Part shown: in pieces, positions 29,613 through 39,418 of the stretch
How the letters are laid out: each line of letters starts with the position of its first letter
Numbering within the stretch: position 1 is the stretch's first letter
Assembly (NCBI GenBank): GCA_045635565.1
Contig: JAZTVX010000077.1
Span: 1 to 60,980 of the forward strand
Source: Alphaproteobacteria bacterium
GTDB taxonomy: Bacteria; Pseudomonadota; Alphaproteobacteria; CAAHEQ01; UBA3637
DNA: 60,980 nt
Direction: 5' to 3'
Made by a program: the position numbers and the translations under genes
The notes under the pieces: model-generated
What the model saw: only the letters and a program-made list of their open reading frames with translations
What the model was told of the DNA's origin: nothing
The model's database searches: none

Positions 29613-30965
29613 ATGACACCGATATATGCATATGTCCTTAATATTGGACTTGTTCTTTTTTTAGTTTTTGCGAATGCTTTTTTTGTTGTTTCAGAATTTT
29701 CAATTGTTAAGATTAGACGGACCCGTTTGGAAGAATTAGTTCGCACAACAAACAGTCGCCGTGCGAAAATTGCTTTAAAAATTAACGACCGGTTAAACAC
29801 GTATTTGAGTGCCATTCAGTTAGGGATTACGCTGGCATCCTTGGGTTTAGGTTGGATTGGTGAACCGGCAGTTTCTAAACTGTTAGAATCGTTGTTCGGT
29901 CATTGGTTTGCCGAAGATTCTGTTTTACTGCATTCAATTAGTTTCGGGATTGCATTTTCATTCATTACATTATTGCACGTTGTATTGGGTGAATTAGTAC
30001 CGAAATCATTAGCCATTCAATCAACAGAACGGTATGTATTAGCCGTTGCACCGGCACTTTACACATTCAATCGGATTTTTGCCCCATTCATTTGGATTTT
30101 TGACCATGTGTCCATTTGGATTTTGGGTTTAATGGGAACGAAATTAGCCGATGAAACGGAAGAAACACACTCGGGAGAAGAAATCAAAATCATTATTGAT
30201 GCCTCTCAAAAAAGTGGCATGATTAGCGAAACAGAAGGCGAAATCATTCAAAACGCTATTGTATTTTCCGAAATTTGTGCCCATGAAATCATGATTCCTC
30301 GTCAAGACATGAAATGTTTGTATCAAGATGACAGTAATGAAGAAGTGTTAAAATTCATCAGAAAACATCACCACACCCGTTTTCCGTTATGTGATAAAGA
30401 CCGTGACCACGTCATCGGTATGATACACATACGAGACATCATTGAACGTGGGGCAGAAAAGAATGATGAAAAATTCCTTACCAACATATCCCGTGAAATT
30501 TTGTTTGTTCCAGAAAACAAATCCATTTCGGATATTTTGCATGAAATGATGCTCAAACACATTCACATGGCCGTTGTTGTTGATGAATACGGTGGAACAG
30601 CCGGTTTATTATCTATGGAAGACATTTTGGAAGAATTGGTCGGTGATATTTTAGATGAACACGATCCACAAATCAACGAACCGATTAAACAAATTGATGA
30701 CAGTGTTTATGAAGTTGACGGTACGGTTTTAGTTGAAGATGTTTTTGAATGTGCCGGTTTACCTTATATGGAACACGAAGAAACCACCATGGGTGGGTAT
30801 GTGTTTGGTTTATTGGGTGAAGTTCCGAAACAAGGCAATCATGTCGAAGATGAATTTTGTCGGTATGAGGTCATGACAGTTGACAACATGCGTATTTTAC
30901 GCATTCGGATTCAAGTCAAACAATTACCGAACAATGAAACAAACACATCGGAAGAATCATTTTAA
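29613..30965 (+). CDS. tlyC: HlyC/CorC family transporter (DUF21-CBS pair-CorC_HlyC), TlyC-like
   Basis: N-terminal 4-TM DUF21 (SEFSIVKIR), a CBS pair and a C-terminal transporter-associated domain (VDGTVLVEDV...R.L....). Confidence 0.85.
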   Translation: MTPIYAYVLNIGLVLFLVFANAFFVVSEFSIVKIRRTRLEELVRTTNSRRAKIALKINDRLNTYLSAIQLGITLASLGLGWIGEPAVSKLLESLFGHWFAEDSVLLHSISFGIAFSFITLLHVVLGELVPKSLAIQSTERYVLAVAPALYTFNRIFAPFIWIFDHVSIWILGLMGTKLADETEETHSGEEIKIIIDASQKSGMISETEGEIIQNAIVFSEICAHEIMIPRQDMKCLYQDDSNEEVLKFIRKHHHTRFPLCDKDRDHVIGMIHIRDIIERGAEKNDEKFLTNISREILFVPENKSISDILHEMMLKHIHMAVVVDEYGGTAGLLSMEDILEELVGDILDEHDPQINEPIKQIDDSVYEVDGTVLVEDVFECAGLPYMEHEETTMGGYVFGLLGEVPKQGNHVEDEFCRYEVMTVDNMRILRIRIQVKQLPNNETNTSEESF

Positions 30966-30970
30966 CACTT

Positions 30971-31000
30971 AAAGCCACCACAATTCGGTGGCTTTTTTTA
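30971..31000 (+). terminator. rho-independent terminator
   Basis: AAAGCCACC-acaattc-GGTGGCTTT followed by TTTT. Confidence 0.8.
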
Positions 31001-31070
31001 TAAAAAGCAAAAAACCCTCTTGTTCTTTTGTTGAAGACACTCTAATTAAACCATATCACCGCATGTTTAA

Positions 31071-31550
31071 CAAAGGAAATACCAATGGACAAGATTCACA
31101 ACTTACCGTCTAAATCCGTGTGTCAATAAATTAGGACATAAATTAGGATATGGTGCGACAGTTGGCTATAACGCAGGCTCTATTAAGGCTGCGGCAGAAG
31201 GATTTTTGGAACCCTCTGCACGAAAAGCACTTGACGAGAAAAACCGAATTACGCCTCTGCGAATTCCCGATACAAACAAACATCAATATATCAGCTGTGT
31301 TGGTTCTTCCGATGGAGGATTTGCAGCTACCGAAATGTTTTTCGGCGGAATTGACAAAGAAGTTTCAGATATATATGATAAAGTATCTGATTCCAAACAA
31401 CGGAAGGCTTATGGGGGAATAGGCAGAATATTACAAGACTCCACAAAAGATATAAAAAACAATATATTGGGTATTTCACATGGTTTATCATCTAACACCC
31501 CGGAATCCTGCAATATATTATTACAAAACCCAATTTCTTGGTCGAAATAA
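31071..31550 (+). pseudogene. start-less ORF, possibly the 3' remnant of a larger (toxin-like?) gene
   Basis: The frame is open from 31071 with no ATG. The track starts it at TTG 31206. No RBS and no family recognised. It is followed by a strong terminator and a small membrane-protein gene. Confidence 0.3.
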
Positions 31551-31553
31551 AAT

Positions 31554-31700
31554 CTTCTTCAAAACGGATAAATAATATTGACTATTTATCCGTTTTCTTT
31601 TATCATGTTCATGTATTGTTCTAATCGAAAGGTGTGTTAATGACTTTAAAAAAAGTATTACTGTCTATCGTGTTATTGATAACGACATTGATTTGTTTCG
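31554..31700 (+). repeat. direct repeat copy A (terminator + 5' UTR + first codons of the 31640 gene)
   Basis: Aligns with 32208-32360. Copy B carries a 10-bp internal duplication (CGGATAAATA). Confidence 0.85.
31561..31600 (+). terminator. rho-independent terminator (14-bp perfect stem)
   Basis: AAAACGGATAAATA-atattgac-TATTTATCCGTTTT followed by CTTTT. Duplicated at 32215-32265. Confidence 0.7.
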
Positions 31701-32152
31701 TATTATTCAGTAATGTTTTGATAAACACGATATATATTGGATTTATCGTTCCGTTGTTGCTCCAAAAAGTATGGTTTAATGTATGGTGGTTTCGGTGTAG
31801 AGATGACAATTCATTGTATGTTGATATCTTCTTTACATTGGTTTTCATCAGCATTTCATTATGGTTTTTTGATATAATAACATTACAGTCATTTCACCAT
31901 CCTAAATATGATTGGTTCCAATCAGACACAAGTCAACCGTTTGAATATACTTGGCTGAGGGTCTTGTCACTGATTCCCAATAAATTATTCTTTTTGTTTG
32001 CTATGGTTTATTTATGGAATCGTCGTTTTATAAAAAAACAAAATAAATACCTGAACGGCTTATTCTTATGTATAAGAGCGTATTATACTTTGATCTTCTC
32101 GTTACCGTTTTTATTTTTAATAGCCATAAAACTCTATTTATTGGTGAAATAA
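31640..32152 (+). CDS. small polytopic membrane protein (immunity-like?)
   Basis: ATG at 31640 after AAAGG. About 170 aa with 5 hydrophobic segments. Confidence 0.5.
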   Translation: MTLKKVLLSIVLLITTLICFVLFSNVLINTIYIGFIVPLLLQKVWFNVWWFRCRDDNSLYVDIFFTLVFISISLWFFDIITLQSFHHPKYDWFQSDTSQPFEYTWLRVLSLIPNKLFFLFAMVYLWNRRFIKKQNKYLNGLFLCIRAYYTLIFSLPFLFLIAIKLYLLVK

Positions 32153-32207
32153 TAAATTGAAACGAACACTGCTATGTATCAACTTTAAAACGATACGAAC
32201 ATAATCA

Positions 32208-32360
32208 CTTCTTCAAAACGGATAAATACGGATAAATAATATTGACTATTTATCCGTTTTCTTTTACCATGTTCCTGTATTGTTTCGATCGAAAGGTGTG
32301 TTAATAACTTTGAAAAAAGCAGCACTATCAATTATTTTTCTTGCAGAACATCGCCAAATA
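32208..32360 (+). pseudogene. direct repeat copy B: dead 5' copy of the 31640 gene
   Basis: ATG is replaced by ATA. ITLKKAALSIIFLAEHRQI* aligns with MTLKKVLLSIVLLITTLI.... Confidence 0.7.
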
Positions 32361-32407
32361 TGATACAATATAAAAACGCTGTATAAATACAAGAGGAATA
32401 AGTATCA

Positions 32408-32659
32408 ATGTACACATCAGAAACACAAGAAGATGATATCAACAATCGGGAACATCATCGTCCTGAACGGGGTGAAGAAAGTCGTTCAGAACGGGAAGAA
32501 CCGGAAAGCCGTATGGAACGGGAAGAACGTGAACATAGAGAACAACGTCGGAAACAGTTAGAAGAAAACAGAAGCCGATATCGGGAAGAACGTATTCGTG
32601 AAGAAAATCGACGCTCTGCTGAAATCATTCGCAATCGAAATAGTGGTATGGGTATGTGA
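32408..32659 (+). CDS. possible Glu/Arg-rich small protein (83 aa)
   Basis: AGAGGA RBS 9 nt before the ATG. The sequence is extremely low-complexity (EERE/RSE repeats), so the coding status is uncertain. Confidence 0.35.
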   Translation: MYTSETQEDDINNREHHRPERGEESRSEREEPESRMEREEREHREQRRKQLEENRSRYREERIREENRRSAEIIRNRNSGMGM

Positions 32660-32787
32660 TAAAAAACCATCTGGTTATCCACATAATAACGATATTAACG
32701 TGTTGCTTTATTATCAAAATACCTAAAACACCTTCCCTATCATTTTGATACCGATTTTATAATACCCGTATTTTAATCAATGGAAAA

Positions 32788-35700
32788 TCAGGGAATATTT
32801 TTCCTTTTTGTGGGCACAGATTGCGTTAGTTGCCCCCCTATTGCTTTGTAAAACCGTATTAAATCTGTATATAATGAGCCTACCGATTGTATCATTTCAA
32901 TTTGTGCTTTCAATCGGTTTTGTTCGGCTTGCAAAACATCGGTATAATCGATTAAACCGTTTTTGTATTTACTTTGCATGAGTGTTGCAACAGTATCAGC
33001 ATGTCGATACGTTTCTTTGAGTAATAAATAATGCTGATGTTCCTGATATAAAGCAATTATCGCATTTTTAACATCATTTGCTGCCTGTAACAAGGCTTGT
33101 TGATAGGCATAGACATATTCTTCCTTTAACGCCTTTTGAACGGCAACATTTTCTTTTAATGCACCAAAATGAAATAACGGAGCCGTTATACCGGGAGTAA
33201 TGGTATGTGTCAGACTTTTCGCTTTCCATAAATGACCCCATGTCAATGATTCTAAACCGAACAAGGCCGACAAACTAACCTTGGGAAACATATCGGCAAT
33301 GGCGGCTCCGACCAAAGCATTTTGGGCTATCAGATTTTCTTCGGCTGCTCGTACATCCGGACGGTTACGGACAACATCGGCAGAAATTTGTGTAATTTTG
33401 TTTAAATCAAAACGAAATGAACGTGTTACAAAGGAAGACGTATTTTGTTTCAATATTTCATCAACACCCCCGGGCAATTCCCCGACAATCAATGCCAACG
33501 CATTTTTACTTTCGGCATGTTGGTATTCTAAGTCGGCTAATGTTGCTGATGTATTCTTTAACAAATACAAGGCCTGTTCCAATGACAAATCACTGGCAAG
33601 ACCTGTTTTCCGTTTGTCCTTGACAAGTTGAGTCATTTCTTCCTGCAAACGAATGTTTCGACGTGTTTGTCGAACCAACTCCTGAAATGTCCGTGTTTGA
33701 ATGTAAAGACGGGCAACTTCTGCCGTTAATGAAACCGTTGTCTGCTGAACGGCATATAACGTCGATTGAACGTTTGCCCGCTCGGCTTCTATCCGACGAC
33801 GTTGCGAACCGAACAAATCTAACTCCCACGAGGCATCTAATCCAACTTGAAAATAATCTTCATTCAGTATCTGTCCCATGTTTTGACTGTTTTTGATATC
33901 ATTATACCGTGCTGTTGCGTCAAATGTCGGGAAAAGACCGGCTTGCGTAACGGCAAGACTAAACCGTGTACCTCGCAAACGCCAAAGAGCCTGTTGCAAT
34001 GTCGGACTGTTTTGAAATGCTTTATCTAACAAAGTGTTTAATGTTGTATCCTGTAAATCTTTCGGCGTAAAATGATGTGTCGAGTTCGTCGTTGTATTCA
34101 AGGCTTTTTGAATTGCCGACTGTGTAAAAAATTGCGGTTGTTCATAATCCGGTCCCATTTGACAGGCTGATACCCCACCAACCACTATCATCATCAATAA
34201 ACCTTTTATGATTTGTTTTTTAGCCGTATATTTAAGTGAAATTTTATCACAGAAAACAAAATATGCCGGCACAAATAAAATACCGATACATGTCGCAATA
34301 ATCATACCACAAAAAACGGTTGTACCGATAGAACGTTGACTGGCCGCACCTGCCCCTGTTGCAACCACCATAGGGAATGTCCCCAAAATAAACGTTAATG
34401 CCGTCATGACAACGGCCCGAAACCGTTCTTTGGCTCCTTTTAAGGCAGCCTTGACCGTTTCCATACCACCTCGTTGGTATTGTGTCGTAAACTGAACAAT
34501 GAGAATGGCATTTTTACTGGCCAGCCCTATTAACATCACAAGTCCTAATTGTGCATAAATACTTAATGACAATCCCCATAATTTTAAACCAAGCAATGCT
34601 CCCGAAACAGCAAAAACATTACTTAAAATCACAGCAACGGCAATCCACCAACTTTCATACAAAGCCACCAAAAACAAATAAGAAAACACCAAAGCCAGCG
34701 TTATTAAAACAACAGCCAGCCCGGCCGTTTCCACTTGTTGAAGCGTTAATCCCGTCCATGCAAAAGAAAAATCTTTTCCCAACTTATCCATAAATTGTTT
34801 AAGAGATGTCAAAGCCGTTCCCGAACTGACATGCGGAGCTGTTTGAGCCGTAATACCGGCACTTAAATACTGATTAAAACGATAAATAATTTTAGGAGCA
34901 ATCACAATATTTTCTGTTAAAAAATTTTGAATTTGAATCAATTTTCCCGACACATTCGGAACATATAACTGCCCGATATCCGGAATATCCTGACGTGCCG
35001 AAAAATCTGCCTGAACAATCACTTTATTGATTTGTCCATCTACCGTGATATTATTCACATAACGGGAACCCAATGAATTTTGTAATACCGAAAACAAATC
35101 CGATAACTGTACTTGAAAAGATGATAATTTCGTTCGGTCAATATCCAGATACACATGGGGGGTATCTGCCGTGAACGGAGAAAAACCAAACGAAAAAAGT
35201 TTGTTATGATTGATAAAGGTTAATGTTTTTTGCAGGGCTTCATCCAGTTGTTGATACCCGACAGATTGATTAAGTGCATTCAATTGAAAACTGATACCAT
35301 CAGCATTACCGACACCGGGGATAGACGGCATAGCAAAAAAATTGATACTTGCCTCGGTAGAGGTCGCATATCTGCGTGTCAATTCGGATAAAATCCCGTC
35401 CATAGATAACCCCTGTTTGTCACGTTCGTCCCAAGGTGTCAACACAATAGCCGCCATACCGATATTTTCCCCACTGGCAGAAAGCATACTGTTCCCCGAA
35501 ATGCCGATAAATGATTGCACACCGGATATCGTTCGTACGTCTGCTGACATTTTATGTAACAAGGCTTCGGTTTGATTGATACTTGCCGTTGCAGGTAATT
35601 GGACAGAAGCCATGATAATACCTTGGTCTTCTTGGGGAACAAACCCTTTCGGGACAAGGAAAAATAAAATTCCCGATAATCCGATAACACCCACAGTGAT

Positions 35701-37320
35701 GATTAGAGTTGTTTTGACATGTGTACATAAAAAAGAAACACCTTTACCGTAAATGTGTTCACATGTATCTAACAACCCATTAAAAGCCTTCATCCAACCA
35801 AACGATGGTGTTGTTTTGGTCGATAAAAAAATAGCACACAATGCCGGACTTAATGTCAACGCATTCACGGCGGAAAAGAAAACAGCCGTTGCCAACGTAA
35901 CTGCAAATTGTTGATAAATTTTCCCTGTCATACCCGCCATTAACCCGACAGGAATAAAAATAGCCATCAACACCAACGTTGTAGCAACAACAGACGACAT
36001 GATATCTTTCATAGCCTGTGCAGAGGCTTGTACGCTACTCATTTGACGATATTTTATCAAATATTGCACCCGTTCAACCACAACAATAGCATCATCAACA
36101 ACTAAACCGATAGCCAAAATCATAGCAAACAACGTTAAAATATTGATATCAAAACCCAACACATAAATGACAACAAATGTTGCAACCAATGACACAGGAA
36201 TGGTTATCATCGGAATTACCGTTGCCCGAACATCTTGCAAAAAAACATACACAACACCCATTACCAACAAAAAAGTCAATGCCAATGTCATTAAGATAGC
36301 TTGAATACTTGCCCGAACAAATGTTGTAGAATCATACACGATTTCAAATTGGATATCATCAGGAAATGATTTTTCCAATGAAGCCATTTCTTTTTTTAAA
36401 TTCTTCATAATTTCTAAAGAATTGGAATTAGGCAGTTGAGATAATGCCATGACAACAGATGGTTGATTATTAAAACTGGCATTCAACTGATAACTGTCTG
36501 CCCCCATTTCAATGCGAGCAATATCTTTAAGCCGTATAACACCACCGGACAAATGCCCCCGTACAACGATTTCTTCAAAATCCGTGACGGTTGAAAGCAA
36601 CCCTTTCGTCGTGACGGAAAGCACTTGATTTGTTCCCTGTGGTGCCGGAGCCGATGAAAGCGAACCAACACCGGCCACCTGATTTTGGGATTCAATGGCT
36701 TGTATCACTTCATTTGTACTGATACCGATACCGTTCATTTTTTTCACATCTAACCATATACGAATGCTATGTTGCGGACCATAGATGTTGACATCGCCCA
36801 TTCCTTTAATTCGTTTGAATGGATTTTGAATATGCGTAAAAGCAAAGTTACTCAAATAAAGTGGGCTATATGTTCTTTGGGGAGATGTCAACGCAATAAA
36901 TGCTAAAATATTGGCTGATTGCTGATGAACATCTAATCCTTCCTGTACCACGACTGATGGTAAAAAGGGTTTGGCTTTATCCAAGCGATTTTCAACTTTA
37001 ACCTGTGCCATATCAGGATTGACACCAACATCGAATGTAATTGTCAAGGTATATTGTCCCGTATCCGTAGATGTTGATGACATATACAACATACCTTCCA
37101 CACCGTTGATTTGATTTTCAATCGGTGTTGCAACAGTATCAGCTAATACACCGGCATTTGCCCCCGGATAATTGGCCGATACAATGATTTGAGGGGGTGT
37201 AATGTCAGGATATTGCGAAACAGGCAAAACAACACCGGCAATAACACCGGCTAACACCATAACCAATGCAATGACACCGGCAAAATGGGGACGCGAAATA
37301 AAAAAATCCGAAAAATTCAT
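32788..37320 (-). CDS. RND efflux permease (AcrB-like) fused in frame to an outer-membrane factor (NodT/OprM-type lipoprotein)
   Basis: Residues 1 to ~1030 are RND (MNFSDFFISRPHFA..., 12-TM layout). From ~1040: KKQIIKGLLMMIVVGGVSAC|QMGPDYEQP, an OMF signal peptide plus lipobox (Cys1053, codon 34164-34162) and the GPDYxxP start. About 458 aa of OMF follow. There is no stop between the parts. Confidence 0.85.
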   Translation of the reverse strand: MNFSDFFISRPHFAGVIALVMVLAGVIAGVVLPVSQYPDITPPQIIVSANYPGANAGVLADTVATPIENQINGVEGMLYMSSTSTDTGQYTLTITFDVGVNPDMAQVKVENRLDKAKPFLPSVVVQEGLDVHQQSANILAFIALTSPQRTYSPLYLSNFAFTHIQNPFKRIKGMGDVNIYGPQHSIRIWLDVKKMNGIGISTNEVIQAIESQNQVAGVGSLSSAPAPQGTNQVLSVTTKGLLSTVTDFEEIVVRGHLSGGVIRLKDIARIEMGADSYQLNASFNNQPSVVMALSQLPNSNSLEIMKNLKKEMASLEKSFPDDIQFEIVYDSTTFVRASIQAILMTLALTFLLVMGVVYVFLQDVRATVIPMITIPVSLVATFVVIYVLGFDINILTLFAMILAIGLVVDDAIVVVERVQYLIKYRQMSSVQASAQAMKDIMSSVVATTLVLMAIFIPVGLMAGMTGKIYQQFAVTLATAVFFSAVNALTLSPALCAIFLSTKTTPSFGWMKAFNGLLDTCEHIYGKGVSFLCTHVKTTLIITVGVIGLSGILFFLVPKGFVPQEDQGIIMASVQLPATASINQTEALLHKMSADVRTISGVQSFIGISGNSMLSASGENIGMAAIVLTPWDERDKQGLSMDGILSELTRRYATSTEASINFFAMPSIPGVGNADGISFQLNALNQSVGYQQLDEALQKTLTFINHNKLFSFGFSPFTADTPHVYLDIDRTKLSSFQVQLSDLFSVLQNSLGSRYVNNITVDGQINKVIVQADFSARQDIPDIGQLYVPNVSGKLIQIQNFLTENIVIAPKIIYRFNQYLSAGITAQTAPHVSSGTALTSLKQFMDKLGKDFSFAWTGLTLQQVETAGLAVVLITLALVFSYLFLVALYESWWIAVAVILSNVFAVSGALLGLKLWGLSLSIYAQLGLVMLIGLASKNAILIVQFTTQYQRGGMETVKAALKGAKERFRAVVMTALTFILGTFPMVVATGAGAASQRSIGTTVFCGMIIATCIGILFVPAYFVFCDKISLKYTAKKQIIKGLLMMIVVGGVSACQMGPDYEQPQFFTQSAIQKALNTTTNSTHHFTPKDLQDTTLNTLLDKAFQNSPTLQQALWRLRGTRFSLAVTQAGLFPTFDATARYNDIKNSQNMGQILNEDYFQVGLDASWELDLFGSQRRRIEAERANVQSTLYAVQQTTVSLTAEVARLYIQTRTFQELVRQTRRNIRLQEEMTQLVKDKRKTGLASDLSLEQALYLLKNTSATLADLEYQHAESKNALALIVGELPGGVDEILKQNTSSFVTRSFRFDLNKITQISADVVRNRPDVRAAEENLIAQNALVGAAIADMFPKVSLSALFGLESLTWGHLWKAKSLTHTITPGITAPLFHFGALKENVAVQKALKEEYVYAYQQALLQAANDVKNAIIALYQEHQHYLLLKETYRHADTVATLMQSKYKNGLIDYTDVLQAEQNRLKAQIEMIQSVGSLYTDLIRFYKAIGGQLTQSVPTKRKNIP

Positions 37321-38408
37321 TGAGGTATTCCTTGAGCAGGTTGTCCGATTTGAAATGGTGAAACAGGTACCGTAACAAGCGTATCACCGGCAAGCAATCC
37401 TGATTTTACCCAATATTGTGTACCGATAGGAGCCCCGATTTCAACGCTTTGTTTTTCAATACGGCCGTTTTTTATGAGGATTGCTTCTGCACCGTCCGGC
37501 GTCAATGTGATATGATTTTTATCAACTAAAATACCTGTTTCCGGATATTTAAAACGTACTTCAACATAAGCCCCGGGTATCAGTTTTTTTTCATCATTCG
37601 GTACATCAATAAAAAAAGAAAGCGAATCTGTTGTTTTATCAGCCTTGTTATCTCGTACAATTTGAAAATTATCCCATTCTAAAATACGTTTATCAGACAA
37701 TACAACCTGTAATGTGGCTTTTTCATGGGTTATGTCTTCTTTGTTATAAGCAGACAGAGGCACAAAAAAAACCAATCGAACGGGTGAAAAACGCACAATA
37801 GTTGCTAATGCCGAACTTTCAGGAGATAAATATTCACCGACGGTTGCCGTGATATTTCCCACCCAACCGCTGATTGGGGCTTGAATAACAGTATAACGAT
37901 AAAGTGTTCGAGCCTGATTTTCCGCTGAAACGGCTTTTTGAAATGCGGCATCAGATGCTTCATAAGCTGTCTTGGCTTGTTCCAATTCAACAAGCGAAAC
38001 GGCACGCTTATCCGTTTTTTGCATGCGTTCATAATACGTTTTAGCATTTTCCCGTTGAGCCAACGCCTGACTGACGGCTTCTTTGGCTTGGTTTAAATCG
38101 GCTAACGGTATTTTATCATCCAGCAAAAACAAAACATCATTTTGATTAACTTCTGCACCGGAGGACACACGAACTTCCTTTAAAAAAGCAGATAAATACG
38201 GCACAATATCAACAGACTGCACAGCCTCAACAGAACCAATAAAACTTTTTGTATAGATAAAAGAACGATTTTCTAAAACACGTACCGGCAACGTAACAAC
38301 CGTGTCATTTTCAACAACAGATTGAACCGGTAACTTATGTCGAAAAACGATAAAAAGACTTCCGACAATCAAAACACCCAATACACAGAACACAATTCGT
38401 TTTTTCAT
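37317..38408 (-). CDS. efflux RND periplasmic adaptor (MFP) subunit
   Basis: N-terminal anchor, alpha-hairpin and barrel-sandwich pattern. 4-nt ATGA overlap with the RND gene. Confidence 0.85.
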   Translation of the reverse strand: MKKRIVFCVLGVLIVGSLFIVFRHKLPVQSVVENDTVVTLPVRVLENRSFIYTKSFIGSVEAVQSVDIVPYLSAFLKEVRVSSGAEVNQNDVLFLLDDKIPLADLNQAKEAVSQALAQRENAKTYYERMQKTDKRAVSLVELEQAKTAYEASDAAFQKAVSAENQARTLYRYTVIQAPISGWVGNITATVGEYLSPESSALATIVRFSPVRLVFFVPLSAYNKEDITHEKATLQVVLSDKRILEWDNFQIVRDNKADKTTDSLSFFIDVPNDEKKLIPGAYVEVRFKYPETGILVDKNHITLTPDGAEAILIKNGRIEKQSVEIGAPIGTQYWVKSGLLAGDTLVTVPVSPFQIGQPAQGIPQ

Positions 38409-38827
38409 AAAATCCCCCCATTAACAAAAAGGATATGTTTCAATGCAAATCAAGAAAATATATCCTTTCTGACGTATGAAAAAAGGAAGAAAACAAAAAA
38501 ACGCTCAATGTTAAAAATCTCAACTTTAACCTTTCATTTGATTTCAACTATAATCAATCTCTTATCCGAACAACAACCATCGATATTGTACCGGATAATA
38601 TGTACATCATAATTTAACGCATGATTAAGTGGTTACGTTCCGATTTCAATAGTAATACGTTCACATATAAAATATCATCAAAAATGACCCAAACAGCCAA
38701 CGCTTATTTTTTTGAGATGGAATGAAGCACCACATACACAGACTCATACAAAATGTTAAAAAAGTTATTGAAAAAAAAGAATAAGGAAAGTATTATCAGA
38801 CAAAATGAAAAACAGAAAAAGAATAAC

Positions 38828-39388
38828 ATGAAAATACTCTATATCAATTCTTGCGTACGAAAAGACTCACGAACAAAAATGTTGGCCGATTATCTGCTCA
38901 ATAAAATCAGGGGTGATGTTAAAGAAATCATTTTGAATGAAGAAAAAATAAAACCACTGGATAATATCGCCTTACAAAAACGAGAAAAGTTAATATCTGA
39001 AAACAACTTTAATGATAACATGTTTTTATATGCTCAAAATTTTGCAGAATCTGATGTTATTGTTGTTGCCGCCCCTTATTGGGATTTATCATTCCCATCA
39101 ATATTAAAAGTCTTTTTTGAGCATATCAATGTCTTAAAATTGGTATTTGATTATTCTGATAAAGGTCAAATCATTTCTTTGTGCAAAGCAAAAAAACTGT
39201 ATTATGTGACAACCAAAGGTGGATACGGCTCAGATGATTTTGGCTTTAAGTATATTGAAGCGTTAAGTAAAACATTTTACGGCATACAAGATGTTGTTCT
39301 CATCAATGCCGAAGGTCTGGATGTTTATGGAAACAATGTACAAGATATCTTGGCAAAAGCAAAAAGAAATATCGATAATTTAGTATAA
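38828..39388 (+). CDS. flavodoxin-like fold NAD(P)H-dependent oxidoreductase
   Basis: MKILYINSCVRKDSRT...VVAAPYWDLSFPSILK is the Flavodoxin_2/AzoR-like pattern. Start moved from 38753 to 38828. Confidence 0.65.
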   Translation: MKILYINSCVRKDSRTKMLADYLLNKIRGDVKEIILNEEKIKPLDNIALQKREKLISENNFNDNMFLYAQNFAESDVIVVAAPYWDLSFPSILKVFFEHINVLKLVFDYSDKGQIISLCKAKKLYYVTTKGGYGSDDFGFKYIEALSKTFYGIQDVVLINAEGLDVYGNNVQDILAKAKRNIDNLV

Positions 39389-39418
39389 TTTAAGACAAAT
39401 AACGTTAAGGAATTTCGC

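Noticed and set aside
31150-31422. Alternative-frame ORF overlapping the 31071-31550 frame
   Set aside because: It is shorter and has no RBS. It overlaps the longer frame, which is itself doubtful.
32455-32682. Arg/Ser-rich antisense ORF opposite the Glu/Arg-rich ORF
   Set aside because: It is a mirror product of the purine-rich repeat, with no RBS.
38430-38470. 9-bp inverted repeat AAAGGATAT...ATATCCTTT upstream of the efflux operon as a TetR-type operator
   Set aside because: No regulator gene is adjacent, and the loop (21 nt) is long for an operator. It is plausible but unsupported.
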